Shown: one piece after another, positions 1 through 8,776 of the stretch
Numbering within the stretch: the first letter of the stretch is position 1
How the letters are laid out: the number at the start of each line of letters is the position of its first letter
Assembly (NCBI GenBank): GCA_965225945.1
Contig: CBDDBZ010000001.1
Location: 14,196-38,195, forward strand
Origin: Alphaproteobacteria bacterium
Lineage (GTDB): Bacteria; Pseudomonadota; Alphaproteobacteria; GCA-2731375
Reading direction: 5' to 3'
Length of the DNA stretch: 24,000 nucleotides
Notes under the pieces: generated by a model
What the model saw: only the letters and a program-made list of their open reading frames with translations
What the model was told of the DNA's origin: nothing
Database searches by the model: none
Made by a program: the position numbers and the translations under genes

Positions 1-446
1 TCGCGCACCCGGCGGATCATGTCCTCCGAGATCGACTTGGTCCGCGCGGCGTACATCTGGTACCAGCCGTTATCCGGCGCGACGCGGGCCAGATCCTCGA
101 TCGAGGCGGTGCTTGCGCCGGACATGGTGAAGGGGATGTTGCGGCGCTTCGCCGCCTCCGCCAGCATCAGGTCGGCGCCCGGGCGAAACAGCGCGGCCAT
201 GCCGGTCGGCGAGATGCCGAAGGGGCTGGCGTATTCGCGGCCGAAGATCGCTTGGCTTTGGTCGCGAACCGAGACGTCGACCAGATAGCGCGGCACCAGG
301 CGATGCTCGCGAAACATCCGCTCGTTCCGCGCCAAGCCGTCCTCGTCCTCCGTCCCGCCCTCGATGAAGTCGAAGGCGATCTTGGGTATCCGACGCTTCG
401 CCAGCCGGCGCAGATCGTCGATGTTGACGGCGTTCTCGAGCTTCAT
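1..446 (-). CDS. FMN-dependent alpha-hydroxy-acid dehydrogenase (L-lactate dehydrogenase/glycolate oxidase family), N-terminal 148 codons; gene runs off the left edge
   Basis: Absent from the ORF track because it is edge-truncated. The reverse complement from ATG at 446-444 reads MKLENAVNIDDLRRLAKRRIPKIAFDFIEGGTEDEDGLARNERMFREHRLVPRYLVDV...GISPTGMAALFRPGADLMLAEAAKRRNIPFTMSGASTASIEDLA...WYQMY, with no stop before position 1. This matches the typical N-terminus of the LldD/glycolate-oxidase family. Confidence 0.8.
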   Translation of the reverse strand, partial: MKLENAVNIDDLRRLAKRRIPKIAFDFIEGGTEDEDGLARNERMFREHRLVPRYLVDVSVRDQSQAIFGREYASPFGISPTGMAALFRPGADLMLAEAAKRRNIPFTMSGASTASIEDLARVAPDNGWYQMYAARTKSISEDMIRRVR

Positions 447-506
447 CGGCCGGGCCCTCTCCCTTGGTTCGGCCGACGCGCACGCGGGCGGGGCGGCCGG
501 TAGTCC

Positions 507-1400
507 TCAGCCGGTCTCGGCGAGCGGTTCCCGTTCCTCGACGTGGCCCAGGATCGAGCTGCGGGAGCCGCGCTGGTTCTCGTAGATCGAACCCTCGTTA
601 CGCGCCGGCGGTAACGGCATGCGGACCGGCACGGGGGCGAGCCTGGCCACCACCGAAGGCGTGCCGGCGACCATGGCCGCGTCGTATTCCTCGATTTCCG
701 GCGTCCCCATCAGCGGCCAGGCGTCGGCGGCGGTGTATTGCTGCAGCAGGACGCGGCGATGGCTGTTCGACTGGTTGGGCGGCGAGCCATGCACCGCGCG
801 GACGTGATGCACGGTGATCGAGCCCGCCCGGCCCGTCAGCGCCACGGCTCGAGGGTAGATCGCATCGGCCGCCGCATCGTTGATGGCGCCACAAAAATAG
901 CCCTCGGCGTGATGATCGTAGGTCGGGCCCCTGTGGCTCCCCGGCACGATCCTGAGGGCGCCGTTCTCCAACGTCATGTCGTCGATCATGATGCCGACGG
1001 CGCAGAGGTCGTCGTTGGTATGGGGATAGAAGGCCCAGTCCTGGTGCCACTCGACCGGCGCCCCGCCGCCGGCCGCCTTCATGTTGAGCTTGGAGATCTG
1101 GTAGCGGACGTCGGGACCGATCAGCCGCACCACCACCTCGACGATCCCCGGGTGTCGGATCGCCCGCTCGTAGACCTCGTGAAAGGCTTGCGGCGTCTTC
1201 AGGCGGCGCACCTTGGGCGCGTCGGGGCCGTGCCCGTCCTCGAGATCGTAGAGCTCGGTGTGGCCTGTGACCTCGCGCGACTGCTCGACGAAGTCCTCGG
1301 TGACGCGCCGTAGTTCCGCCACCTCGCCCTGGGAAAGCACGTCGGCTACGACGAGGTACCCGTTCGCCCGATAGAACTCGACGTCGCGCTCGCTCAGCAT
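507..1400 (-). CDS. Phytanoyl-CoA dioxygenase (PhyH) family Fe(II)/2-oxoglutarate oxygenase
   Basis: This is the C-terminal 297 aa of the 632-aa track ORF, starting at MLSERDVEFYRANGYLVV (ATG 1400-1398). It has the HxD iron motif in VEWHQDWAFYP and a distal His in SITVHHVRAVHGS. The upstream part of the long ORF overlaps the EamA gene in another frame and is rejected. Confidence 0.85.
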   Translation of the reverse strand: MLSERDVEFYRANGYLVVADVLSQGEVAELRRVTEDFVEQSREVTGHTELYDLEDGHGPDAPKVRRLKTPQAFHEVYERAIRHPGIVEVVVRLIGPDVRYQISKLNMKAAGGGAPVEWHQDWAFYPHTNDDLCAVGIMIDDMTLENGALRIVPGSHRGPTYDHHAEGYFCGAINDAAADAIYPRAVALTGRAGSITVHHVRAVHGSPPNQSNSHRRVLLQQYTAADAWPLMGTPEIEEYDAAMVAGTPSVVARLAPVPVRMPLPPARNEGSIYENQRGSRSSILGHVEEREPLAETG

Positions 1401-1459
1401 GTGGATCTCCCGCCGGAAGGGCGCCTGGCTGGGCTGGATATTACGCCCGCGCGGGCCGG

Positions 1460-2380
1460 TCAAGGAAGAGGCGGCGGTCGAGATTTGCGTCCATTGCTTT
1501 GACCGCCGGCCGCGCCGCGCCGTTCGCGGCGCAGCACGTAGAGGGTGCTGGCGATAATGATCAGGCTGCCGAGCCAGGTCGCCACCCCCGGAGAATCGCC
1601 GAAGACGAGCCAACCCCCCACCGCCACCCATACCATCTTGGTGTAGTTGAAGGGCGCCAGAGTCGAGGCCTCGGCCCGCTGGAAGGCGCCGATCAGACAG
1701 AGGTGCGCGGCCACCCCGAAGGCGCCCAGCGCCATGAAGACGCCGTAGTCGGCCGCTTCGAGCGGGCGCCAGAAGAAGGGCACCGCCAGGCTGCACCAGA
1801 AGAGGCCGCCGAGGCCGGTGAAGAACAGCATGGTGAAGGTCCGCTCGCTCGCCGCCAGGGCCCGGGTCGCGATCTGGAACAGCGCCATGGTCACGGCCGT
1901 GACCAGCGGCATGAGCGCGGACCAATGGGCGAACTCGCCACCGGGACGCACGATCACCAGCACGCCCGAGAGGCCCACGATCACCGCGCCCCAGCGGTGA
2001 CGGTCCACCGGCTCCCCCAACAGCAGCGCGGCGAGGGCGACCATGAAGAGCGGCGAGGTGAAGCTGATCGCCGTCGCCTCGGCGATCGGCAGGTGGACCA
2101 GGGCGACATAGAGCGCGGCGATGGAGGCGACCAGCAGGAACGCCCGGGCCATGTGCATCACCGGCCGCCGGGTCCTGAACGCGTATCGTCGCGCCCCCGG
2201 CACGGCCAAGGCCCAGAGCACCAGATAAGTGGCGATGGCGAGGAAGTAGCCCCAGGTGATCTGGACGGGATGCAGATCCCGGGTGAGGTACTTGGCCCAG
2301 GTGTCGATGATGGCGATGAAAAGGATCGCGCTCGAAAACAGACCGATCGCCAGCGTGGTCCGCGCCTTCGGCGCGATCAT
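1460..2380 (-). CDS. DMT-superfamily (EamA-like) transporter
   Basis: 306-aa highly hydrophobic protein with about 10 predicted TM helices and two EamA-like halves. A GGGGGAGG Shine-Dalgarno sequence sits just upstream of the ATG at 2380. Confidence 0.85.
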   Translation of the reverse strand: MIAPKARTTLAIGLFSSAILFIAIIDTWAKYLTRDLHPVQITWGYFLAIATYLVLWALAVPGARRYAFRTRRPVMHMARAFLLVASIAALYVALVHLPIAEATAISFTSPLFMVALAALLLGEPVDRHRWGAVIVGLSGVLVIVRPGGEFAHWSALMPLVTAVTMALFQIATRALAASERTFTMLFFTGLGGLFWCSLAVPFFWRPLEAADYGVFMALGAFGVAAHLCLIGAFQRAEASTLAPFNYTKMVWVAVGGWLVFGDSPGVATWLGSLIIIASTLYVLRRERRGAAGGQSNGRKSRPPPLP

Positions 2381-2445
2381 GCCTCCCCCGGCGCGAAGCC
2401 GCCACCGCCGGCGATCCGGGCCCGCCCGCGCACGCGGAGCCAGCC

Positions 2446-3225
2446 CTAGGCGGTGACGCCGCCGTCGACCGGTAGCGCCGCGCCGGTGACGAAGGAGGCC
2501 TCGTCCGACAGCAGGAAGAGCGCCGCGTTGGCGATCTCGTGCGGCTGGCCGGGGCGGTTCATCGGGGTTTGCCCGCCGCGTTTCAGGACCAGCTCCTCCT
2601 TGTCCATGCCCTGGGTCGACTGCTGGTCGGGCCGGGCGACGAAGACCCGGAGCATCGGCGTGTCGACCGGTCCGGGGCAGACCGCGTTGACCCGGATGTT
2701 GTCGCCGGCGAGCCGCTTGGCGAGCGCCTTGGTGAAGCCGACGACGGCGAACTTGGCGGCCGAATAGACCGGGCTGAACTGCGAGCCCTGCAGGCCCGAG
2801 CTGGACGCGGTGTAGAGCAGCGCGCCGCCGCCGCGCGCCCGCATTTCCGGGATCGCCGCCTCGGTGGTGACCAGGATGGTGCGCAGGTTCAGTTCGACGG
2901 CGAGGTCGAAATCCGCCATGTCGATGCCCTCGATCGCCGCCGGACCCGGATGGCCGACGTGATCCCAGACGAAATCCAGGCCGCCGAAGGCGCTCGCCGT
3001 CTCGGCGACGATACGGCGCGAATCCTCGTCTTTTGTCAGATCGGCGACGATACCCTTGGCGCGCCCGCCCGCCGCCTCGATCTCCGCCACCACGGCCGCC
3101 ACCGCCTCGGCATCGATATCGACCACGCCGAGGGCCGCACCCTCGGCCGCGAAGCGGACCGCGCCCGCCCGTCCCATGCCCGAGCCCGCCGCCGTCACGA
3201 TTCCCAGCTTGCCCTCGAGCCGCAT
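2446..3225 (-). CDS. Short-chain dehydrogenase/reductase (SDR) family oxidoreductase
   Basis: 259 aa. N-terminal cofactor motif TAAGSGMG, catalytic YSAAK, and a PG motif (AVCPGPVDTPM). GGGAGGA SD upstream of the ATG at 3225. Confidence 0.9.
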   Translation of the reverse strand: MRLEGKLGIVTAAGSGMGRAGAVRFAAEGAALGVVDIDAEAVAAVVAEIEAAGGRAKGIVADLTKDEDSRRIVAETASAFGGLDFVWDHVGHPGPAAIEGIDMADFDLAVELNLRTILVTTEAAIPEMRARGGGALLYTASSSGLQGSQFSPVYSAAKFAVVGFTKALAKRLAGDNIRVNAVCPGPVDTPMLRVFVARPDQQSTQGMDKEELVLKRGGQTPMNRPGQPHEIANAALFLLSDEASFVTGAALPVDGGVTA

Positions 3226-3259
3226 CCTCGTTCCTCCCGATTGATCTCGTGCGACGCCA

Positions 3260-3308
3260 ATTCCGCGCCGCCCGGCGGATCCTAGCCTATTGCCCGCCGG
3301 CGCGGAAT
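3260..3308. repeat. GC-rich inverted repeat (11-bp stem ATTCCGCGCCG / CGGCGCGGAAT, 27-nt loop) between the M32 carboxypeptidase and SDR genes; possible transcript-end or processing hairpin
   Basis: Direct reading shows 3260-3270 perfectly complementary to 3298-3308. No U-tract follows on the minus-strand transcript, so it is not a canonical intrinsic terminator. Confidence 0.5.
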
Positions 3309-3315
3309 CGCGGCC

Positions 3316-4806
3316 TCAGCCGTAGCGCGCCTCCAAATGTCGGCGGAAGGTGGCGACGTCGAAGCTTCGCCCGGTGGCCCGGGTCAGCAGGGTCTCGGCG
3401 CCGCCCGGCAGCCGGCCGTGGCGATGCACGTTCTCGCGCAGCCAGGCCAGCAGCGGGCGGAAATCGCCCCGGGCCAGCGGCGCGCGCACCTCTCCCGCCG
3501 CCTCCGCCACCTCGAACAGTTGCGCCGCGGCGATCGCGCCCAGCGTGTAGGTCGGAAAATAGCCGAAGCTGCCGCCCATCCAGTGGATGTCCTGCAGGCA
3601 GCCGTCGGCGTCGTCGGGCGGGCGGATGCCGATCAGCTCCTCGTGCAGCTCGTTCCACGCCCCCGGCAGATCGGCCATGGCGAGATCGCCCGAGAGCAGC
3701 GCCACCTCCAGCCGGTGGCGCAGGATGATGTGCAACGGATAGGTCACCTCGTCCGCGTCCACCCGGATCAGGCTCCGCGCGACGCCGTGGGCGTGGCGGG
3801 CCAGGTTCTCGGCCGTCCAGGCGGGACCGTCGACGCCGAGCGCGCGGCGCACCTCGGGCGCGACGAAGGACAGGAACTCAGGCCCACGGCAGGCCTGCAT
3901 CTCGATGATCAGCGACTGGCTCTCGTGGATCGCCATGCCAAGCGAGGCGCCGACCGGCTGGTAGCGCCATTCGAGCGGCAATCCTTGGCCGTAGAGCGCG
4001 TGGCCGGTCTCGTGCAGCACCGCCATCACCGAGGGCCAGGGGTCGGCCTCGTCGTAACGCGTGGTGATGCGTGAATCGTCCCTGACCCCGCCGGTGAAGG
4101 GATGATGGCTCTCGTCCAGGCGGCCGTGCTCGAAATCGAAGCCGAGGACCCGCATGAGCCGCTCGGCCAGTTCGCGTTGCCGCGCCCGGGGAAAATTCCC
4201 CTCGAGGGGGAGCGCCGGCGGCGCCTCGCCCTGGCGCGCCAGCGCGCGGTCCACCAGATCGGGGAGAAATTGCGCCAATTCGTCGAGGATCGCCGTCACC
4301 CGGTCGAGGCGCAGGCCCGCCTCGTGCGCGTCCAGCAGGGTGTCGTGGACCGAGAGGCCGAAGGCCTCCCCCCGCGCCGTCGCCGCCTCGCGGACCAGTG
4401 CCAGGACTTTCTCCAGATGCGGTCGCTGGCGGGCGAAGTCGTTCGCCGGCCGGGCCTCGCGCCAGCACATCTCGGAGGCGGAGTTGGCCCTGGTCAGCGC
4501 CTCGTTGAGCGCCACCGGCACTGCCTGTTGGATCCGGAAGATGCGCCGCATCTCGCCGAGGTTGGCGCGCCGCCAGTCGTCGAGCGCCTCTTCGTCCGCC
4601 TCCGCCGCCGCCAGATCGTCGCCGAGCGTCGGCGCGCTCAGCATTTCCTGGCGCAGCCGGCCGAGGTAGGCGAGCTGTTCCGCCCGCCCGGCGGCGGCGC
4701 CCGAGGGCATGATGGTGGCGTGATCCCAGCCCAGGATGGCGCCGGCCTCGCCCAGCAGCGCGGCGCCGCGAAACCGTTCGACCAGGCGTTCGTAGGCACT
4801 CGCCAT
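3316..4806 (-). CDS. M32-family metallo-carboxypeptidase (Taq carboxypeptidase type)
   Basis: 496 aa carrying the full M32 motif set: HETGH (HExxH), DDSRIT (DxRxT), HESQS, IRVDAD and GCLQDIHW, plus GYFPTYTLG. Confidence 0.9.
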   Translation of the reverse strand: MASAYERLVERFRGAALLGEAGAILGWDHATIMPSGAAAGRAEQLAYLGRLRQEMLSAPTLGDDLAAAEADEEALDDWRRANLGEMRRIFRIQQAVPVALNEALTRANSASEMCWREARPANDFARQRPHLEKVLALVREAATARGEAFGLSVHDTLLDAHEAGLRLDRVTAILDELAQFLPDLVDRALARQGEAPPALPLEGNFPRARQRELAERLMRVLGFDFEHGRLDESHHPFTGGVRDDSRITTRYDEADPWPSVMAVLHETGHALYGQGLPLEWRYQPVGASLGMAIHESQSLIIEMQACRGPEFLSFVAPEVRRALGVDGPAWTAENLARHAHGVARSLIRVDADEVTYPLHIILRHRLEVALLSGDLAMADLPGAWNELHEELIGIRPPDDADGCLQDIHWMGGSFGYFPTYTLGAIAAAQLFEVAEAAGEVRAPLARGDFRPLLAWLRENVHRHGRLPGGAETLLTRATGRSFDVATFRRHLEARYG

Positions 4807-4827
4807 CGCTCGTGCGGGCGGCCTAGG

Positions 4828-5268
4828 CTAGAGGCTGAGCGGCTCGCGGGTCGCGACCAGGCCGGGGTTCTCGTGCCAGATGGCGGGGTCCGCGTCGACG
4901 AAGACCTCGAGCTGGTTGCCGTCGGGGTCGTGGAAATAGATCGACTTGGTGACGATGTGATCGGCCGTCCTGGCGATCTCGACTCCGTGCGCCTCCAGAT
5001 GCGTCTTGGCCTCGCGCAGCGTCTCCAGATCGTCGCCGATCTTGAAGGCGACATGCGCCAGGCCGGGCGCGTCGTCGGGGGCGTCGGGCGCCGCCTCGCC
5101 GACCGCGATCAGCGCCAGATCGTGATGGTTGTCTTCAATGGAGAAGAAGCTCATCTGGCCGGAATACCCGCCGACCTGCTTCAGCCCGAGGACATCACGG
5201 TAGAACGATATCGAACGCTCCAGATTTCTGACCTTGAGTACGACATGACCCAGCCCGTGGACTTGCAA
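4828..5268 (-). CDS. VOC-family protein (glyoxalase/bleomycin-resistance/extradiol-dioxygenase fold)
   Basis: Sequence HGLGHVVLKVRNLERSISFYRDVLGL...HVAFKI...SIYFHDPDGNQLEVF. I place the start at TTG 5268-5266 (MQVHGLGHV) because a strong GAGGAGGA SD lies 7 nt upstream. The track start, GTG 5337, has no SD but cannot be excluded. Confidence 0.8.
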   Translation of the reverse strand: MQVHGLGHVVLKVRNLERSISFYRDVLGLKQVGGYSGQMSFFSIEDNHHDLALIAVGEAAPDAPDDAPGLAHVAFKIGDDLETLREAKTHLEAHGVEIARTADHIVTKSIYFHDPDGNQLEVFVDADPAIWHENPGLVATREPLSL

Positions 5269-5363
5269 TTGCCGATCCTCCTCGCTCGCCGCTCGCGCGC
5301 GGCCGTTGCCAGGCACGAATGTAGTCCTGCGGGCCACCCGGGTCCAGGCCGGATCGGCCGCGC

Positions 5364-6329
5364 TCAGGCGCCGTGCTTGACGCGGACGAGCTTGCGCAAG
5401 CTCGGCAGGTCGTGGGGCGGCGGGTCCTCGGAGAACCGCGGCCAGGCGGTGAAGGAGACCTCGCCGAGGTAGACGTCGCCCCGGCTGTCGACCGCCAGGC
5501 CGTGCGGCGCGATGAACTGGCCCGGCGCCAGCCCGGCGCGGAGGTCACCGACCCGGGCGACCGCCTTGCCCAGGTTATCGACGATCGAGAGACGCGGGCC
5601 GATGTTCGGCACGTCGAAATTGACCGCCATGCCCGGGCCGAGCTCGCCGATGTAGCAGAGCGGGTCCTTACCCGTCTCCATGCAGAGGCCACAGGGCCGG
5701 TGCATGTCGTGCCACTGGGTCTCGAACTTGCCGTCGCCGTTGAACACCTGGACGCGGTGGTTCTCCCGGTCGGCGACGTAGACCCAACCGTCGGCGTCGC
5801 AGCAGATGTTGTGGGGGATGTTGAACTGGCCCGGATCGGTGCCGGGCTCGCCCCAGGAGAACAGCAGCTTGCCGTCGGGCGAAAATTTGTGCACCCGCGC
5901 GTTGCCGTAGCCGTCGGAGACGTAGAGCTCGCCCTGGGGCGAGAGCGCGGTGTGGGTGCAGCGGTGGAACGGCTCGCCCGCCATGTAAGCGCTCGGCTCG
6001 CCGGGAATGCCGAGGGTCATCACCACCTTGCCATCGAGCGTGCAGGCCCGCATCGTGTGATCGCCGTCGTCGGTGCAATAGAGCGTCTCGTCCGGGCCGA
6101 TGTGGAGGCCATGCGCCCGGCGGAACAGCCCCTCGCCCCAGGAGCGCAGGAAGTTGCCGTCGGCATCGAAGACGATCATCGGGTGTTCGCCGCGATTGAA
6201 GACGTAGACGTTGTCGTTGTGGTCGACCGCGACCGCCGCGACGTCGTTGAAGGCCCAGCCGTCGGGCAGCTTCGCCCACTCCCGCTCGACCCGATAGGTG
6301 AACGCGCCGCTTCCCAGGATCACCGACAT
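5364..6329 (-). CDS. NHL-repeat six-bladed beta-propeller protein (peptidyl-alpha-hydroxyglycine alpha-amidating lyase-like)
   Basis: Repeated NHL-type blades: VYVFNRGEHPMIVFDADGNF, LYVSDGYGNARVHKFSPDGKL, VYVADRENHRVQVFNGDGKF and PHGLAVDSRGDVYLGE. The start is set at MSVILGSG (ATG 6329-6327), which has GGAGGG 6 nt upstream. The 48-codon Arg-rich extension to 6473 is rejected. Confidence 0.8.
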   Translation of the reverse strand: MSVILGSGAFTYRVEREWAKLPDGWAFNDVAAVAVDHNDNVYVFNRGEHPMIVFDADGNFLRSWGEGLFRRAHGLHIGPDETLYCTDDGDHTMRACTLDGKVVMTLGIPGEPSAYMAGEPFHRCTHTALSPQGELYVSDGYGNARVHKFSPDGKLLFSWGEPGTDPGQFNIPHNICCDADGWVYVADRENHRVQVFNGDGKFETQWHDMHRPCGLCMETGKDPLCYIGELGPGMAVNFDVPNIGPRLSIVDNLGKAVARVGDLRAGLAPGQFIAPHGLAVDSRGDVYLGEVSFTAWPRFSEDPPPHDLPSLRKLVRVKHGA

Positions 6330-6465
6330 CGCCGTCCCTCCCCGTCTCCGATCGCTTCGGTGAAGAGTAGACCGCCAGCGGCCGCGAGGCCACCGGCGGT
6401 CTTGCGCACCGAGTGCCACCATCGCATCATCGCGTCCCGCCACGGAACCGGAGGCCCGTCGAGGC

Positions 6466-6816
6466 ATGCGCATTCACAACCTCTATAGCGACGACGACGG
6501 GCAATCCCATTTCCGCGATATCGAGGTCGAATGGGTGAGCGAGAGCCCGTCGGGCAAGCTCTCGGAACGGCTGCCGGCCAGCGGCATCATCTTTCGCCAG
6601 GTCCCCGCCGAATACGACCTCGACTGGCATCCCGCACCCCGGCGCCAGTACATCATCAACCTCGACGCGGGCGTGCGGATCACCGCAAGCGACGGCGAGG
6701 CCCGCGAGATCGGCGCCGGCGAGGTGATCCTGGTCGAGGACACCACCGGCCAGGGCCACCTCAGCCAAGCGCTCGCGGCAGAGATCCGCCACTGCATCTT
6801 CGTGCCGATCGATTGA
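6466..6816 (+). CDS. Small cupin-domain protein
   Basis: 116 aa with HPAPRRQYIINLDAGVRITASDGEAREIGAGEVILVEDTTGQGH, a pattern typical of single-domain cupins. It is divergent from the NHL gene. Confidence 0.7.
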   Translation: MRIHNLYSDDDGQSHFRDIEVEWVSESPSGKLSERLPASGIIFRQVPAEYDLDWHPAPRRQYIINLDAGVRITASDGEAREIGAGEVILVEDTTGQGHLSQALAAEIRHCIFVPID

Positions 6817-6862
6817 TCGATCCGACGGCGCGGCACCTGGCGCCCGCCTCGGGGCCGAGGGC

Positions 6863-8062
6863 ATGGTCTTGAGTTTCGAGCGCCGGGTGCTGGTCTGGAT
6901 GTGCGTGCTGATCGCGGTCAATCAGCTCGGCTTCGGCTCGATCGTGCCGGTCATGCCGCTCTATGCGCTGACCTTCGGCGTCTCCGCCTCGGCGATCGGC
7001 CTCGCCGTCGCGGTCTATGGTCTGGCGCGCTTCGTGATGGCGATGCCGGCGGGCCAGCTCGCGGACCGGCTGGGCCGGCGGCCGACGCTCGCCATCGGCG
7101 GCCTGATCTCGGCGGCGGGCAATATCTGGTGCGCGCTCGCCACCGGGTACCCCGAGTTCATCCTGGCCCGCTTCCTCGCCGGCGCCGGGGCCGGCCTGGT
7201 GCTCACCACGGGGCAAATCGTGCTCGCCGACATCACCACGCCCGCGCGTCGCGGCCGGACCATGGCGATTTACCAGGGAACCTTCATCTTCGCCGTCGGC
7301 ATCGGCCCGCTCCCCGGCGGCATCCTCGCCGAGCTCTATGGCCTGGCGGCGCCGTTCTGGGCCTATGGCGGCCTCGGCTTGGGCGTCAGCGCCGTCGCCT
7401 GGTTCGCGGTCGGCGAGACCCGGGGGCTCGCAGCCGAGGGCGCGGCCGGCGCCGCCGCGCGACCAACATTTCTGACCCAGATCCGGCTGCTGGCCGACCA
7501 GATCGGCTTCCTGCTGGTGTGCGCAATCGCCTTCATGAACGCGGTGGTCAGGACCGGCGGCCTCTTTACCATCATACCCGTCCTGGGGAGCGTGCGCCTG
7601 GCGCTCTCCGCCACCCAGATCGGCTTCGCCCTGGCGCTCGGCAGCCTCGTCGGCCTGCTGGCTGCCTATCCGGCCGGCATGCTGGTCGACCGCTTCGGCC
7701 GCAAGGCGGTGACCGTGCCGGCGACGATGCTGACGGCGGCCTCGATGGTGCTGTTCTGCCTCGCTCCCTCGCTTCCCTGGTTCACCGCCGCCTGCGTGGT
7801 CTGGGGCGTGGCCTCCTCGGTCGGCGGCAGCGCGCCGGCCGCCTATGCCGCCGATTCCGCCGCGCCGGGCATGAACGCGGCGGCGATGAGCACCTACCGC
7901 ATGGCCGGCGACTTCGGCTACGTGGTCGGCCCGATCGCCCTCGGCTTGATCGTCGACGCCCAGGGCCCGGTGGCGGCGCTGCTGCTGGCGGCGGCGCCGT
8001 TGGCGCTCGTCGGCCTGCTGTTCGCACGCTTCGCGCCGGAGAGCTATCGCGGCGACAGGTGA
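6863..8062 (+). CDS. MFS transporter
   Basis: 399 aa with about 12 TM segments and MFS motif A, GQLADRLGRRPT, between TM2 and TM3. Confidence 0.85.
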   Translation: MVLSFERRVLVWMCVLIAVNQLGFGSIVPVMPLYALTFGVSASAIGLAVAVYGLARFVMAMPAGQLADRLGRRPTLAIGGLISAAGNIWCALATGYPEFILARFLAGAGAGLVLTTGQIVLADITTPARRGRTMAIYQGTFIFAVGIGPLPGGILAELYGLAAPFWAYGGLGLGVSAVAWFAVGETRGLAAEGAAGAAARPTFLTQIRLLADQIGFLLVCAIAFMNAVVRTGGLFTIIPVLGSVRLALSATQIGFALALGSLVGLLAAYPAGMLVDRFGRKAVTVPATMLTAASMVLFCLAPSLPWFTAACVVWGVASSVGGSAPAAYAADSAAPGMNAAAMSTYRMAGDFGYVVGPIALGLIVDAQGPVAALLLAAAPLALVGLLFARFAPESYRGDR

Positions 8063-8094
8063 GGGCCGGCTTCGGGGACTTGTCGGGCGGACTC

Positions 8095-8766
8095 TCAGGG
8101 CACGGGCGACGCGAGGACGCAGCGATCCTCGGCGAAGGCGAGGGGGGCCTCGGTCAGGGCTTTGAGCCCGTCCGGCGTCAGCCCCTCGACCATCTCGCGG
8201 ACGAGAAAGCCCTCGGGCGTCACGTCGACGACGGCGAGATCGGTGTAGATCCGGTCCACCACGCCGAGGGCGGTCAGGGGGTAGCTACAATGCCCGACCA
8301 GGCGGGGCGCGCCGTCCTTGGTGGTGTGCGCCATCAGCACCCGTACCGAGCGCGCGCCCATCGCCAGGTCCATGGCGCCACCGACCAGCGGCCCCTTGTC
8401 CCCGCGAGCTGAATCCCAGTTGGCGAGGTCGCCCGAGGCGGAGACCTGGAAGGCGCCCAGCAAGGTGACGTCGAGATGGCCGCCCCGGATCATCGCGAAG
8501 GCATCGCCCGAGCCGACCACGGCGGCACCCCGCGCCAGTGTCACCCGTCGGCTGCCGGCGTCGACCAGGTCGGCGCTGGCCGCCTCGGCCGACGCGAGGG
8601 GACCGACGCCGACGAGGCCGTTTTCCGAATGGAACAGGATCTCCCGGCCCGGCGGCGCATGGTCGGCCGCCAGCACCGGCAGGCCGAGCCCGAGGTTGAC
8701 GTAAGCACCCTCGGCCAAGTCCTGGGCGGCGCGCCAGGCGATGGCTTCGCGGCTCAGCGCTTTCAC
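8095..8766 (-). CDS. 3-oxoacid/acetate CoA-transferase subunit B
   Basis: 223 aa with the family-I CoA-transferase active-site motif FHSENGLVG (catalytic Glu). It lies immediately downstream of subunit A, with a 10-nt gap. Confidence 0.9.
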   Translation of the reverse strand: MKALSREAIAWRAAQDLAEGAYVNLGLGLPVLAADHAPPGREILFHSENGLVGVGPLASAEAASADLVDAGSRRVTLARGAAVVGSGDAFAMIRGGHLDVTLLGAFQVSASGDLANWDSARGDKGPLVGGAMDLAMGARSVRVLMAHTTKDGAPRLVGHCSYPLTALGVVDRIYTDLAVVDVTPEGFLVREMVEGLTPDGLKALTEAPLAFAEDRCVLASPVP

Positions 8767-8776
8767 GGGCCGCTCC

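Noticed and set aside
1401-2405. N-terminal two-thirds of the 632-aa minus-strand ORF (507..2405)
   Set aside because: The translation is Arg/Gly/Pro/Ala-rich and low in complexity. It overlaps the well-supported EamA transporter gene on the same strand in another frame. A PhyH-type protein begins naturally at MLSERD (1400). This is a high-GC open-frame artefact.
5373-6488. 371-aa plus-strand ORF antisense to the NHL-repeat gene, and likewise 4102..5472 (+) antisense to the M32/VOC genes
   Set aside because: These ORFs have no recognisable motifs and an Arg/Ala/Val/Gly-rich composition. They mirror strongly supported genes on the other strand.
6901-8412. 503-aa plus-strand ORF in an alternate frame of the MFS gene, running into the CoA-transferase B region
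   Set aside because: The translation is Arg/Gly/Pro-rich. The MFS frame (6863..8062) gives a coherent 12-TM protein with motif A, and the remainder is antisense to a well-supported gene.
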